From Candidatus Eiseniibacteriota bacterium (GTDB taxonomy: Bacteria; Eisenbacteria; RBG-16-71-46; CAVPCR01), in NCBI GenBank assembly GCA_963702435.1, contig CAVPCR010000004.1, positions 32,001-96,000 of the forward strand: a stretch of 64,000 bases of DNA. Direction: 5' to 3'. The notes beneath the pieces were generated by a model. That model made no database searches. It worked only from the letters and a program-made list of their open reading frames with translations, and was not told the DNA's origin. This document shows, piece after piece, positions 40,520 to 50,078 of this stretch (positions are counted from its first letter, which is position 1; each line of letters begins with the position of its first letter). Made by a program: the position numbers and the translations under genes.

Positions 40520-41632
40520 TCACTCGTTCAGCCGGAGCGGCATGACGAGGGCAAGCGTCTCCTCGGGGCCCTCCGCCGCCGGCGTGATCACGACCGCGGT
40601 CGTGGGCTTGTCGAGGGCGAGCACCACGTTCTCGCCCTCCATGTTGCGGAGCGCTTCCGCCAGGTACGACGCGTTGAATCCAACGTCGAGATCCGCGCCG
40701 TCGTATTCGCACTTCAGGGTCTCGGTTCCTTCGCCGACGTCGTTCGTCTGCACGCGCAAGTCGATCTTGTTCTTGCGGACGCTGAAGCGCACCTGGTGCG
40801 AGAGCGAATCCGCAAGGATCGAGACGCGCCGGAGCGACGTGACGAGGCCGCTGCGCTGCACGACGACGCGCTTCGGGTTGTCGCGCGGGATCACCTGCTC
40901 GTAATTCGGGAACGGCCCCTCGAGCAGCCGCGAGTAGATGGTCGTCTCGCCGACGGTGAATACCGCGAAGTTCCGCCCCAGCATGACCTCGACCGCGGAG
41001 CCCGTGTCGGCGACGAGCTTCTGCACGAGGTTCAGGGTCTTCGGAGGGATGATGACATCCGCCTTGTGCGCCCCGCGCAATGCCGGGTCGCGAAGCGTGA
41101 ACCGCGCGAGGCGATGGCCATCGGTCGCGACGAGGCGGAGCGCCCCTTCGCGCATCTCGAGCAGCATGCCGTTCAGCACCGGTCGCGTCTCGTCCGTGGA
41201 GACCGAGTACGACGTCGCCCTGATCGCCCGCGCGAGCTCGGGTCCGGGCAAGGAGAGCTTCGACCCTTCCTCGACGTCCGGGAGCTTCGGGAACTCTTCC
41301 GGATCCATGCCCATCAGGGTGAACTGACCGATCGCGCAGTCGAGCGTGAGCTTGAGCTCGTCGCTGCCGACCCTGATTTCCTCCTGCGGCAGCTCGCGCA
41401 CGATCTCCGCGAAACGCCGCGCCGGCACCGTCACCTTGCCCCCGAGCGCGACATTGGACGCCGTCTCCGTGCAGACCGAGACGTCCAGATCGGTGCACGT
41501 CAACTTGAGCTTTCCCTCCCCGGCCTCGAGCAGGAAATTGGACAGGATCGGGAGCGTGCTCTTCGGCGGAACCGCCGAGATCACCGACTGCAAGGTCCGC
41601 GACAGGCTCTCCTTCGGCATCGAGAACTTCAT
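40520..41632 (-). CDS. dnaN: DNA polymerase III beta sliding clamp
   Basis: STLPILSN, VATDGHRL, SRLLEGPFPNY, LVMPLRL. Confidence 0.98.
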   Translation of the reverse strand: MKFSMPKESLSRTLQSVISAVPPKSTLPILSNFLLEAGEGKLKLTCTDLDVSVCTETASNVALGGKVTVPARRFAEIVRELPQEEIRVGSDELKLTLDCAIGQFTLMGMDPEEFPKLPDVEEGSKLSLPGPELARAIRATSYSVSTDETRPVLNGMLLEMREGALRLVATDGHRLARFTLRDPALRGAHKADVIIPPKTLNLVQKLVADTGSAVEVMLGRNFAVFTVGETTIYSRLLEGPFPNYEQVIPRDNPKRVVVQRSGLVTSLRRVSILADSLSHQVRFSVRKNKIDLRVQTNDVGEGTETLKCEYDGADLDVGFNASYLAEALRNMEGENVVLALDKPTTAVVITPAAEGPEETLALVMPLRLNE

Positions 41633-41829
41633 GCATCTCCCCGATTGCGCGCGACTCGCGGCCGCGCCGCGCCCAAGCGCCCTAACTGAATGATCCTGCA
41701 ATAGTTACATGGTGTCCGGGACGTCCGCCTGGGATTGTATCCCACCCCCCCCGGAGGAGCAAGGAATACGCGCCCCGGAAGAACCCGTCGCGAGCCCCGG
41801 GATTCACGGTCGCACCGACGGTTCGTCTT

Positions 41830-41970
41830 CATCTGCAAGGAGAATAGGTCTGTATATACGAACTGCTGATGTTGGGGCGGGGGATATGTGGGCGACGGGG
41901 GTGACCGCGCGTCGGGACAGCGAGGTGAGAGGATCTCCTGCCGGGGATGGGTTGGGGGTAGTCTGTGCAG
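41830..41970 (-). promoter_or_regulatory. Probable oriC core: degenerate DnaA boxes, GC tract, DnaA-trio-like repeats
   Basis: Minus strand TCGCCCACA-TATCCCCC-GCCC-CAA CAT CAG CAG-TTCGTATATACA pointing toward dnaN. Confidence 0.55.
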
Positions 41971-42229
41971 GATCGGATGCGTGACTCGGGAGGAGAGAGA
42001 AACAGGGCAACGATCCGAATCTCTTCCACGGTCCGCCCCGGCTGGTGGTCCGTGGGGTTAACCGCCGCGGGACGATGGGGATGGGGCCAGGAGGAGGGCC
42101 GTAGGTGCCGATCCCCGTCCACCGGGTTGTCCTCTCCTGGGGAGAGGCAGCCCGGCCTTCCCGGAGACTGGTAGGAGCAGGGGCCGCGGCGTGTGCAGAC
42201 GCGCGGGCCATAGGATAGTCTCGACCACG

Positions 42230-43594
42230 ATGAGCGTCACTTCGCAGGACCGGAAAGAGGGAAGAGCCCGGCGCGGGATCGAAGACGTGGTCGCGGCGTT
42301 CCCGGATCTGCCCGTGGAGGCGATCCTGAAGGAGGACCTCCTCCGCCAGGGAGTGGGCTTCAGCAGCGCGGCCCTGGCCCGGAGCGCAGCGGGGAAGCCG
42401 AAGTCGTACTTCATCTTCTCCTTTGACCACGTACCCATCGCGGACATGGCCCAGGGGGAGCACCAGCGCGCCCCCGAGGAGATCGCTCTGAGCGGAGGCC
42501 CCTGGAACCTGCGGAGGACGATCGTCTCCGTGCGGGTGAACCCGGCGTCGCCCTATCGAGTCGTTCTCGAGGAGGAGGAGCCGGCCGGGCCGGGAGAGTG
42601 GAGCGGTGGGGGCCCGATCCTCCATCTGGAGGGGACGCCGATCGCCCGGGTGGTCCTGCCGGACACCCCGGATTACTACGGCCGGACCCTCGGGGACGGG
42701 CGCCCGATCACCGAGGTGGCGCCCTGCATCGAGTGGGGATACCTGATCTACCTCACGGTCTTCCGGATGTGCCAGTACTTCGGCCGCGAGGAGGAATGCA
42801 GGTTCTGCGACATCAACGAGAACTTCCGGCAGCAGCGGGCCGCCGGAAGGCCGTACGTCGCGGTTAAGAGCGTGGAGGACGTGATCGAGGCGCTCTCGAT
42901 CATCGCCGAACTGGACCGGGACGCCCGCGCCTACACGGTCACGGGCGGGTCGGTCACGACCGAGCTCGACGGGCTTTCCGAGGGCGCGTTCTACGCGCGC
43001 TACGCGGCGGCCATCGAGGCCCGGTTTCCGCGGCGCTGGATCTCGAAGGTGGTCGCGCAGGCCCTGCCCGCGGCGGACGTCGAGAGGTTCAAGGACGCCG
43101 GTGTTCGCATCTACCATCCGAACTACGAGATCTGGGATGCGGAGCGATTTGCGCTGATCTGTCCGGGAAAGGCGCGCACGATCGGGAGAGACGAGTGGAT
43201 CCGGCGGATCGAGGGCGCGGCAGAGATACTCGGATCGGCCTGCGTCATCCCGAACTTCGTGGCCGGCGTCGAGATGGCGGCACCGCACGGCTTCCCGACG
43301 GTCGCCGAAGCCCTGGCCTCGACAGGCGACGGTCTCGCGTACTTCATGCGGCAGGGGATCGTGCCCCGCTTCACCACGTGGTGCGCGGAACCGCTGTCGG
43401 ACCTCGGGCGCGCCCAGGGTCCGGCTCCCCTGACGTACCATGCGGGGCTCCTCCGGGTATGGCGGGACACCCATGCGCGCTACCGACTGCCGGCTCCGCC
43501 GGGGTACGGCCCGCCGGGGGCCGGGCGAGCGGTGTTCTCGGTGAGCGCTTTCATGGACGTGATCGATCCCGGGACGCCCGTCGCCCCGCTGTGA
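42230..43594 (+). CDS. Radical SAM protein with extended CX8CX2C motif
   Basis: CQYFGREEECRFC; TVTGGS; PNYEIWD. Confidence 0.85.
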   Translation: MSVTSQDRKEGRARRGIEDVVAAFPDLPVEAILKEDLLRQGVGFSSAALARSAAGKPKSYFIFSFDHVPIADMAQGEHQRAPEEIALSGGPWNLRRTIVSVRVNPASPYRVVLEEEEPAGPGEWSGGGPILHLEGTPIARVVLPDTPDYYGRTLGDGRPITEVAPCIEWGYLIYLTVFRMCQYFGREEECRFCDINENFRQQRAAGRPYVAVKSVEDVIEALSIIAELDRDARAYTVTGGSVTTELDGLSEGAFYARYAAAIEARFPRRWISKVVAQALPAADVERFKDAGVRIYHPNYEIWDAERFALICPGKARTIGRDEWIRRIEGAAEILGSACVIPNFVAGVEMAAPHGFPTVAEALASTGDGLAYFMRQGIVPRFTTWCAEPLSDLGRAQGPAPLTYHAGLLRVWRDTHARYRLPAPPGYGPPGAGRAVFSVSAFMDVIDPGTPVAPL

Positions 43595-43654
43595 CCTCGG
43601 CGCGGGGTTGGCCCGGGATCTTCGGTACTGCATGGAACGCGCCGAAACCGGGCC

Positions 43655-43850
43655 GGCCGCGGTGGATAAAAGCCGGCTCAAATCGCCCGGTAATCGCCGG
43701 GAGAAATGACGAAAAATATTATTAAAACACAACATACACAGACGAGAGCGTCCGGGGATAAGTTGGTGGACCGTATCCTGACCGGGTCGCCCTGCAGGGC
43801 TGGATTTTCGGGTTCTTGTCGAGGGCGACCGCGCCGACTTATCCTGATGT
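43655..43850. promoter_or_regulatory. Second DnaA-box/AT-rich cluster
   Basis: GGTGGATAA (43661) and CGGGGATAA (43753) flanking AAAAATATTATTAAAACACAACATACACA. Confidence 0.5.
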
Positions 43851-43934
43851 GGTTCGAGGGATGACTCGAGGGGCGGCCGGGGCACCGCGCTCGCCGGTCG
43901 AAGTCACGAACGCAAGCGCCGTTGGGGGCCAGCG

Positions 43935-44087
43935 ATGAAGGAATGCGCTTACTGCGGCGAGGAGTTCAAGGGCAAGGGCATCGTCGTCCAGGGCGACACG
44001 TTCTGTTCAGATGAGTGCGCCCAGGCCTTTGCTGAGGAGCAAGGGTACGACGACGAGGAGGAAGATTTCGACATCGACGACGAGTGA
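43935..44087 (+). CDS. 50-aa treble-clef-type Zn-finger (TRASH/YacG-like) protein with acidic tail; absent from the ORF track
   Basis: MKECAYCGEEFKGKGIVVQGDTFCSDECAQAFAEEQGYDDEEEDFDIDDE*. Confidence 0.8.
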   Translation: MKECAYCGEEFKGKGIVVQGDTFCSDECAQAFAEEQGYDDEEEDFDIDDE

Positions 44088-44171
44088 CGCGTATCGAGTC
44101 CGGCCGGGCGCGAGCGTCTGGCCCCGAAGCTCGTCGCCGGAATCGGAGCGCGGCCACGGGGTGCGGAGAGC

Positions 44172-44975
44172 TTGGCGGAGAGCGTGAGCGAACTCAAATC
44201 CTTCTATGAGGACTGGGCCGCCGCGCGCGAAGCGAGCCCCGACGTGCAGGATTACGAGCGCCTGGCGTCTGCCTGGAAGTGGCAGCACCTGGAGCTCCTG
44301 GTCAGGAGTGCGGGCGCGTCCCCGCGAAGCATCCTCGAGTTCGGGTGCGGGTCCGGCGAGATGCTGGAGCTGGCCGGAAGGGCCTTTCCGGAAGCCGTGC
44401 TGCACGGGATCGACCTCGCGGAGCGGATGCTGGCGATGGCGTCCGAGCGCCTCCCGCGAGGGCGGTTCATCGCCGGAGGCGTGGAGACGCTCGCTGCCTG
44501 GCCGGAACCCGTGGACCTCGTGCTTGCCGTCGACATCCTCGAGCATCTCGAAGATCCCCGGCCCGCGGCCCGCGCGCTGGGGGGAGCGGGACGGCTCGTC
44601 GCGCTCAAGATCCCCCTCGAGCGCCGGGTGCTCCGGCTCGGGTTCCGCCGGCAGCGACCGGGGCCCGCGCACCACATCGCGGGCCATCTACACTTCTGGA
44701 CCCTGGCGGAGTCGCGCGCTCTCCTGGCTGCGGCGGGCCTCGAGATCGTGGCGGAGAAATGTGTGGACCCGCCGGAATCGATCCGGTATCACCCGAGCAC
44801 ACGCCAGGGGCCGCTGGGGGCGGGGCGGGAACGAGGCTGGATTGCACCGCTCCGGCGTGCCCACAGCGCGTGCGAGGAGCGCCTCGAGCGCTGGTCGTGC
44901 CGCAGCCAGCCGACGCTCCACCGGCTCGTGTTCGGATCGAGCCACTTCGTGATGGCGCGCCCGCGCGGGGGTTGA
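44172..44975 (+). CDS. Class I SAM-dependent methyltransferase
   Basis: ILEFGCGSG, GIDLA, VDILEHLEDP. Confidence 0.9.
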   Translation: MAESVSELKSFYEDWAAAREASPDVQDYERLASAWKWQHLELLVRSAGASPRSILEFGCGSGEMLELAGRAFPEAVLHGIDLAERMLAMASERLPRGRFIAGGVETLAAWPEPVDLVLAVDILEHLEDPRPAARALGGAGRLVALKIPLERRVLRLGFRRQRPGPAHHIAGHLHFWTLAESRALLAAAGLEIVAEKCVDPPESIRYHPSTRQGPLGAGRERGWIAPLRRAHSACEERLERWSCRSQPTLHRLVFGSSHFVMARPRGG

Positions 44976-45404
44976 CCGGGCCAGGGACGGCCGGGTTTCC
45001 CCGGTGGGCGGCGTCGGCCCGGGGCCGGCGCCGATCGGGTGTATCAACGCGGGACACGAAACCGCCCTGAGGGGCTCGGGGTTTCGAGGTCCATGGCGGG
45101 GCCGATGGCGGTTCGAATCGGCGGCCCCAAGTCCGGCCACCTGCCGGCCGATAACACAGCACGACAGGGAGACGGCCCGCGCGGGCAAGAGAAGAGGGCG
45201 GTGGGAACCGCGGTCTTCCCGATCGCGCGGTGGCGGTTGGCCTTGGCGACGACAGGCAACGGCAGAGAGTCTCCCCCACCCGGGGCCATCGCGCCCCACG
45301 GCCTCGCGGCGCGCCCAGGCCCGCCGCGACTCGAGACGCGAAACATCCAGCCCAGCCGGAGCCTTGGGTGCGGCCGCGTGCCCCGGGGCGTGGAGGTCCG
45401 AGCC

Positions 45405-47168
45405 GTGACCCAGATACTTTTCGCAGCGCGAGCCCCGCGCGTGGGCGGACGTTCCAGCCGCATTCTCTGCCGCGCATGTCTTGGCGCGATCGCCGCGGCC
45501 GTACTCCTCGTCGGCTGCGGCCCGAAGCCTGCCGCCAACGTCGACACCGGACGCGTTCCCCACACCGTGCGCGGGACCGAAGGATGGGACCGCATGGACT
45601 GGGGCCCGTGGAGCGCGACGGGAGACAGCGCGACGGGTGATTCGGCGGTCCCGGGCGGACAGGCCGAGGATCTCCTCGAAGCGGCGGAATCCGCGCTCGT
45701 CACCGCGGGGGAAGCCCACGCGGCGGGCAACGAGGGCGAGTACCGGGCGTCGCTCGGCGACGCGTTCGAGGCGCTCCGGCGCGCCGAGCTCGCGATGAGC
45801 GAGGACCCGGCCTCCTTCGCCTACCTGAGGCCGGCCTACGAAGGGCTGATCTCGGATCTGCGGACGGGCATGACCGCAGCGAGCCCGGGGGCCGCGAGCG
45901 CGCTCGATGCGTCGCCGGCCGAGCTCGCCGGGGCCGCCGAGGTGCACCTCGGAAACGGCGCCACGTACGAGATGCCGATCAACTCCGACGATCCGCTCGT
46001 GGCGAAGTACCTCGCGCTCTTCAACGAGGGGCAGCGGCGGGCGTTCCTCGAGGACGCGTTTGAGCGCTCGAACCGCTACCGGCCGATGGTGCTCGAGGAG
46101 ATCCGCAAGGCCGGGTTGCCCGAAGAGCTCTGGGTCGTGCCCATCGTCGAGAGCGGCTACAAGGTTAGCGCCTACTCGCGGGCCCGCGCGGTCGGGCTCT
46201 GGCAGTTCATGATCCCGACCGGGCGGAACTACGGGCTCACCATCAACGAGTGGGTGGACGAGCGGCGTGATCCGCTCAAGTCGACGCGCGCGGCGATGGC
46301 CTATCTCAAGGACCTGTACGTCTGGTTCAACAGCTGGGAGTTCGCGCTCGCCGCCTACAACCGGGGCGAAGGTGGCATCCACAGGGACATCCAGCGATCG
46401 CGGATCGCCGACTTCATGGAGATGGCGGAGCTCGGCGCGACCCACACGGAGACCTTGAACCACGTCCCGCAGATCCATGCGGCCGCGATCATCGCCAAGC
46501 ACCCCGAGAAGTACGGCTTCAGGCTCGCGGACGAGCCCGCCCAGATGGACACCCTGACCATCGACTACGTCGTCGACCTGAGCGTCGTCGCGGAGTGCGC
46601 GGGCACAACCGAGAGCGAGCTCCGCGAGCTGAATCCGGAGCTCAGGACCTGGGTGACTCCCGTCCTTTCCACGGACTACCCGACCTACACGCTCAAGCTC
46701 CCCGGTGGATCGCTCGAGCGGTATCACGCGGCCATCGCGCAGGTCGACGACAAGACCCCGAAGCGCCAGATGGTCTACGTCGTGCGCAAGGGGGACAACC
46801 TGGCCGGGGTCGCCCGCAAGTTCGGGGTGTCATCGCAGGACATCAAGGAGTGGAACCACCTGCGCTCGACTCGCCTGCGCCGGGGCCAGCGCCTGGTCGT
46901 GTTCCCGCCGAAGAAGAAGCCAGCGGCCGCCAGTGAGGCGACGGCAGTGGCTGCGGCGCCGGACGCCAAGGAGACCGCGGGAGCGCCGGCCGAGAAGGCC
47001 ATGACGAAGCCGTCCACGATCACCCACACGGTCCGCCGCGGCGACACGCTGTTCGCCATCGCTCAGCAGTACAACACGAGCGTGGACGAGCTCCGCCGGC
47101 TGAACGGTCTGAAGAGCCGCGGGAAGATCTTCCCGGGGCAGAAGCTCAAGGTGCAGGCGGGGAGCTAG
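45405..47168 (+). CDS. MltD-like lytic transglycosylase lipoprotein with two LysM domains
   Basis: Lipobox LLVGC, IVESGY, AVGLWQFM, ALAAYNRG, two LysM repeats. Confidence 0.93.
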   Translation: MTQILFAARAPRVGGRSSRILCRACLGAIAAAVLLVGCGPKPAANVDTGRVPHTVRGTEGWDRMDWGPWSATGDSATGDSAVPGGQAEDLLEAAESALVTAGEAHAAGNEGEYRASLGDAFEALRRAELAMSEDPASFAYLRPAYEGLISDLRTGMTAASPGAASALDASPAELAGAAEVHLGNGATYEMPINSDDPLVAKYLALFNEGQRRAFLEDAFERSNRYRPMVLEEIRKAGLPEELWVVPIVESGYKVSAYSRARAVGLWQFMIPTGRNYGLTINEWVDERRDPLKSTRAAMAYLKDLYVWFNSWEFALAAYNRGEGGIHRDIQRSRIADFMEMAELGATHTETLNHVPQIHAAAIIAKHPEKYGFRLADEPAQMDTLTIDYVVDLSVVAECAGTTESELRELNPELRTWVTPVLSTDYPTYTLKLPGGSLERYHAAIAQVDDKTPKRQMVYVVRKGDNLAGVARKFGVSSQDIKEWNHLRSTRLRRGQRLVVFPPKKKPAAASEATAVAAAPDAKETAGAPAEKAMTKPSTITHTVRRGDTLFAIAQQYNTSVDELRRLNGLKSRGKIFPGQKLKVQAGS

Positions 47169-47397
47169 ACTGGCGCCAGGGACGTCTCGATCGCTCGCGC
47201 GTGCGGAGCGCGGCCAGCCGGCAGACGACAGCGCGGGGCGGATGGGCACGACGACCATCCGCCCCGCGTCGCTTTCATGGGGCCAGGGACTCGAGAGCCG
47301 ATCCATTTGACCGGCGGGGCCCACCACGCGGAATGGAAGGCCCCGCCGATCGGGTGCGAGGCAACGGTGCTCCCCGAAGCCCCGGAAGGGTCGGACT

Positions 47398-48738
47398 TCA
47401 GCTCGTGGCGGAGACCCCGAGCACCTGCGCGATCTCGAGGAGCTGCGCCCGGAGCTCATGATCCGTGGTGAGCCGCTTCTCGATCTTGGAGCAGCCGTGC
47501 ATCACCGTCGTGTGGTCCCGGCCGCCGAGCTCCTGGCCGATGTCGGCGAAGCTCTTTCCGGTGTGCTTCCGGATCAGGAACATGGCGACCTGGCGCGGCA
47601 GCGCGATGGCGTTGGTGCGTTTCTTGCCCACGAGCTGATCGATCTCGAGCTCGTACACCTGCGCCACGACCTCGATGATGCGCCGGGAGCCGACGGCCCG
47701 GCGCTGCCCACGGAACAGGTCGCTCAGCACCTGCTCGGCGAACGGGAGGTCGACCGGACGGTTGGCGTTCCGCGCCCGGGCGAAGAGCCGGGTGAGGCAC
47801 CCCTCGAGCTCGCGGATGTTGGTCTTGATGTTCTGGGCGATGAGCATGGCGACGTCGTCGCGGATCGGCGTCTCCTTGAGCTCGGCATGCTTCTTGACGA
47901 TGGCCACCCGGGTCTCGAGATCGGGAGGCTGGATATCGGCCACGAGGCCCCAGCCGAAGCGCGAGATCAGGCGATCCTCGAGACCGTCGAGCTCCTTGGG
48001 GGGGCGGTCCGAGGCGATCACGATCTGCTTGTGGGCCTCGTGGAGCGCGTTGAAGGTGTGGAAGAACTCCTCCTGCGTGGCGTCCTTCTTGGCGAGGAAG
48101 TGGATGTCGTCGATGAGCAGCACGTCCATGCCCCGGAACTTGCGCTTGAAATCGAGCGCTCTCCCGCGCTGGATCGCGTTGATCATCTCGATCATGAAGA
48201 TCTCGCCGGTGGTGTAGAAAACGCGCGCATCGGGGTTTGCGGAGAGCACGTGCGCCCCGATGGCGTGGAGGATGTGGGTCTTGCCGAGACCGACGCCGCC
48301 GTAGACGAAGAGCGGGTTGTAGGCCTTGCCCGGTCGCTCGGCCACGGCGAGCGACGCGGCCTGCGCGAACTCGTTGGACGGTCCCACGACGAAGGTCTCG
48401 AAGGTGTGGCGATGGTTGAGTCCGGTCACGTGCCGCAGTCGCGGCCGCACCGAGGCCGGCTCGGGATGGCTGGCCGGTTCGGTGGTCTGCTGTTGAATCG
48501 TGAAACCGACCTTGACCTTGAATCCAAGCTCGGTTTCGGCACAGGTTTCGATGAGCGTCCGGAAGTGCTCGTCAACCCAGTCCTTATAGAAGGAGTGGGG
48601 CACTCCGAGGACGAACTCGCCGCCGTCGACGGCGAGAAGCGACATGGGGCGAATCCACGTGTTGAAGCTCTTACCGGGGACCAAGTCACGCAGCCGATCC
48701 TGCACCCGGTCCCACACACTGCCGTTGGTCACGGTCAC
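47398..48738 (-). CDS. dnaA: Chromosomal replication initiator DnaA
   Basis: YNPLFVYGGVGLGKTH, LIDDIHF, QEEFFHTFN, GGRDHTTVMH; GTG start after GAGGGA. Confidence 0.98.
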   Translation of the reverse strand: MTVTNGSVWDRVQDRLRDLVPGKSFNTWIRPMSLLAVDGGEFVLGVPHSFYKDWVDEHFRTLIETCAETELGFKVKVGFTIQQQTTEPASHPEPASVRPRLRHVTGLNHRHTFETFVVGPSNEFAQAASLAVAERPGKAYNPLFVYGGVGLGKTHILHAIGAHVLSANPDARVFYTTGEIFMIEMINAIQRGRALDFKRKFRGMDVLLIDDIHFLAKKDATQEEFFHTFNALHEAHKQIVIASDRPPKELDGLEDRLISRFGWGLVADIQPPDLETRVAIVKKHAELKETPIRDDVAMLIAQNIKTNIRELEGCLTRLFARARNANRPVDLPFAEQVLSDLFRGQRRAVGSRRIIEVVAQVYELEIDQLVGKKRTNAIALPRQVAMFLIRKHTGKSFADIGQELGGRDHTTVMHGCSKIEKRLTTDHELRAQLLEIAQVLGVSATS

Positions 48739-49023
48739 CGTCAGTTCCCTCGGGCGCTGGTCAGGTTGTTGCCAGTAAAATGAACAAGGGCCAAGGCAAT
48801 GCGGAGCCATCCAGCGGAGCGGCATGCGCCGACACCCGCCACTCATGTGTAGCAAGATGCAAGTCTCTGCTGTTGTACGGGAAGTAAGTCTTGAGCGGCC
48901 CCGGCACGAGCCCAGACCCATCGAGCGATCCACAGGGCGCTGGGAGAAGCTGGTGCCCGTGGAAGGGATGGCTCGCGGATCCACCGATCCTCTTGCGGGC
49001 TGGGCTGTCCCTTGGGTGCGCGC

Positions 49024-49052
49024 AATCTATCACCCGTACCTCGCGTATTCAA
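49024..49052 (-). promoter_or_regulatory. sigma70 promoter of dnaA
   Basis: Minus strand TTGAAT-N17-TAGATT. Confidence 0.7.
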
Positions 49053-49066
49053 GCGCTTTTTTGGGC

Positions 49067-49112
49067 TTGACGCGCCCCGCGGGCGTCTCTAATATCCACC
49101 GGATTATTCACA
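49067..49112 (+). promoter_or_regulatory. sigma70 promoter of rpmH operon with adjacent consensus DnaA box
   Basis: TTGACG-N17-TAATAT; TTATTCACA at 49104-49112. Confidence 0.75.
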
Positions 49113-49221
49113 TGATGCGGAAAGCGCGCGGGACGCGACCGGTCCGCGCGCCGAGGCGCAAACGCGAAAGTCGAGGTAAGAGCTTTCGCATCAACCGACT
49201 GAGCGAAGAGGTTAGTCGCAA

Positions 49222-49356
49222 GTGAAGCGCACGTACCAGCCGCACAACAAGAGCCGCAAGCGGACCCACGGATTCCGCCGGCGGATGAAGACGAAGAACG
49301 GACGAGCGGTCCTCTCTCGCCGCCGCGCCAAGGGCCGTCAGCGACTCTGTGTCTGA
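49222..49356 (+). CDS. rpmH: 50S ribosomal protein L34
   Basis: [44 protein letters not shown]. Confidence 0.98.
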   Translation: MKRTYQPHNKSRKRTHGFRRRMKTKNGRAVLSRRRAKGRQRLCV

Positions 49357-49762
49357 GGACGACGAGTCCAGTTCGCCGCGCCCGCCCCGATCGCGCTTCC
49401 CAGCCAGTCTCAAGCTCCGGCTCCAGAGCGAGATTCGCGCCGTGTTCGATTCCGGCGAGCGAGCGCCGGGCCGGCTCGTGGTAGTGTCGGTTCTCAAGGG
49501 GACGCGAGAACACAGGGTCGTCATCGTGGCTTCGCGGCGCATCGGAGGAGCGGTCGAGCGCAACCGGGCCAAGCGCCTTCTGCGCGAGGCCTACCGGCTC
49601 CATCGCCACCGGCTGTCCGCTCCCTGCCATATCGCGCTGGTGGCACGCTCGAGCTGTCCACGCTCGACCCGCGGTGAGGTCGAGGTGGATCTGCTCGCCT
49701 TGCTCGCGAAGCTGGGCTGCCTGTCCGCTCCTGGGGGGCAGGGGCCCGGGGTGCCGGAATGA
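49349..49762 (+). CDS. rnpA: RNase P protein component
   Basis: [20 protein letters not shown]. Confidence 0.95.
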   Translation: MSEDDESSSPRPPRSRFPASLKLRLQSEIRAVFDSGERAPGRLVVVSVLKGTREHRVVIVASRRIGGAVERNRAKRLLREAYRLHRHRLSAPCHIALVARSSCPRSTRGEVEVDLLALLAKLGCLSAPGGQGPGVPE

Positions 49763-49968
49763 AACCCGTGGCGCTGGCACTGATCGACCTGTATCGCCGG
49801 GTCATCTCCCCGACCATGCCGGCCACGTGCCGGTTTGCCCCGAGCTGTTCGGAGTACGCGCGCGAAGCCATCGCGCGATACGGAAGCCTGCGCGGCGGCT
49901 GGCTCGCCGTGCGCCGGCTCGCGCGATGCCATCCCTGGCACGAGGGAGGCTACGACCCGGTGCGCTGA
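49759..49968 (+). CDS. yidD: Membrane protein insertion efficiency factor
   Basis: [10 protein letters not shown]...[13 protein letters not shown]. Confidence 0.96.
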   Translation: MKPVALALIDLYRRVISPTMPATCRFAPSCSEYAREAIARYGSLRGGWLAVRRLARCHPWHEGGYDPVR

Positions 49969-50078
49969 ACCCGGTGGTACGCCGACGCCGGGATCTCCGG
50001 GGCGGCGGCGCGATAGGATGCGCTGAAGGAAGCAGCACGCGCTGAAAGACGCGCCGACAGGAGTCGCCAGCTTCGATC

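Noticed and set aside
42230..44975. RiPP cluster (radical SAM + Cys peptide + methyltransferase)
   Set aside because: The enzyme shows no recognisable SPASM/RRE features, the peptide fits a Zn-finger, a 340-bp regulatory gap separates them, and no protease or transporter is present.
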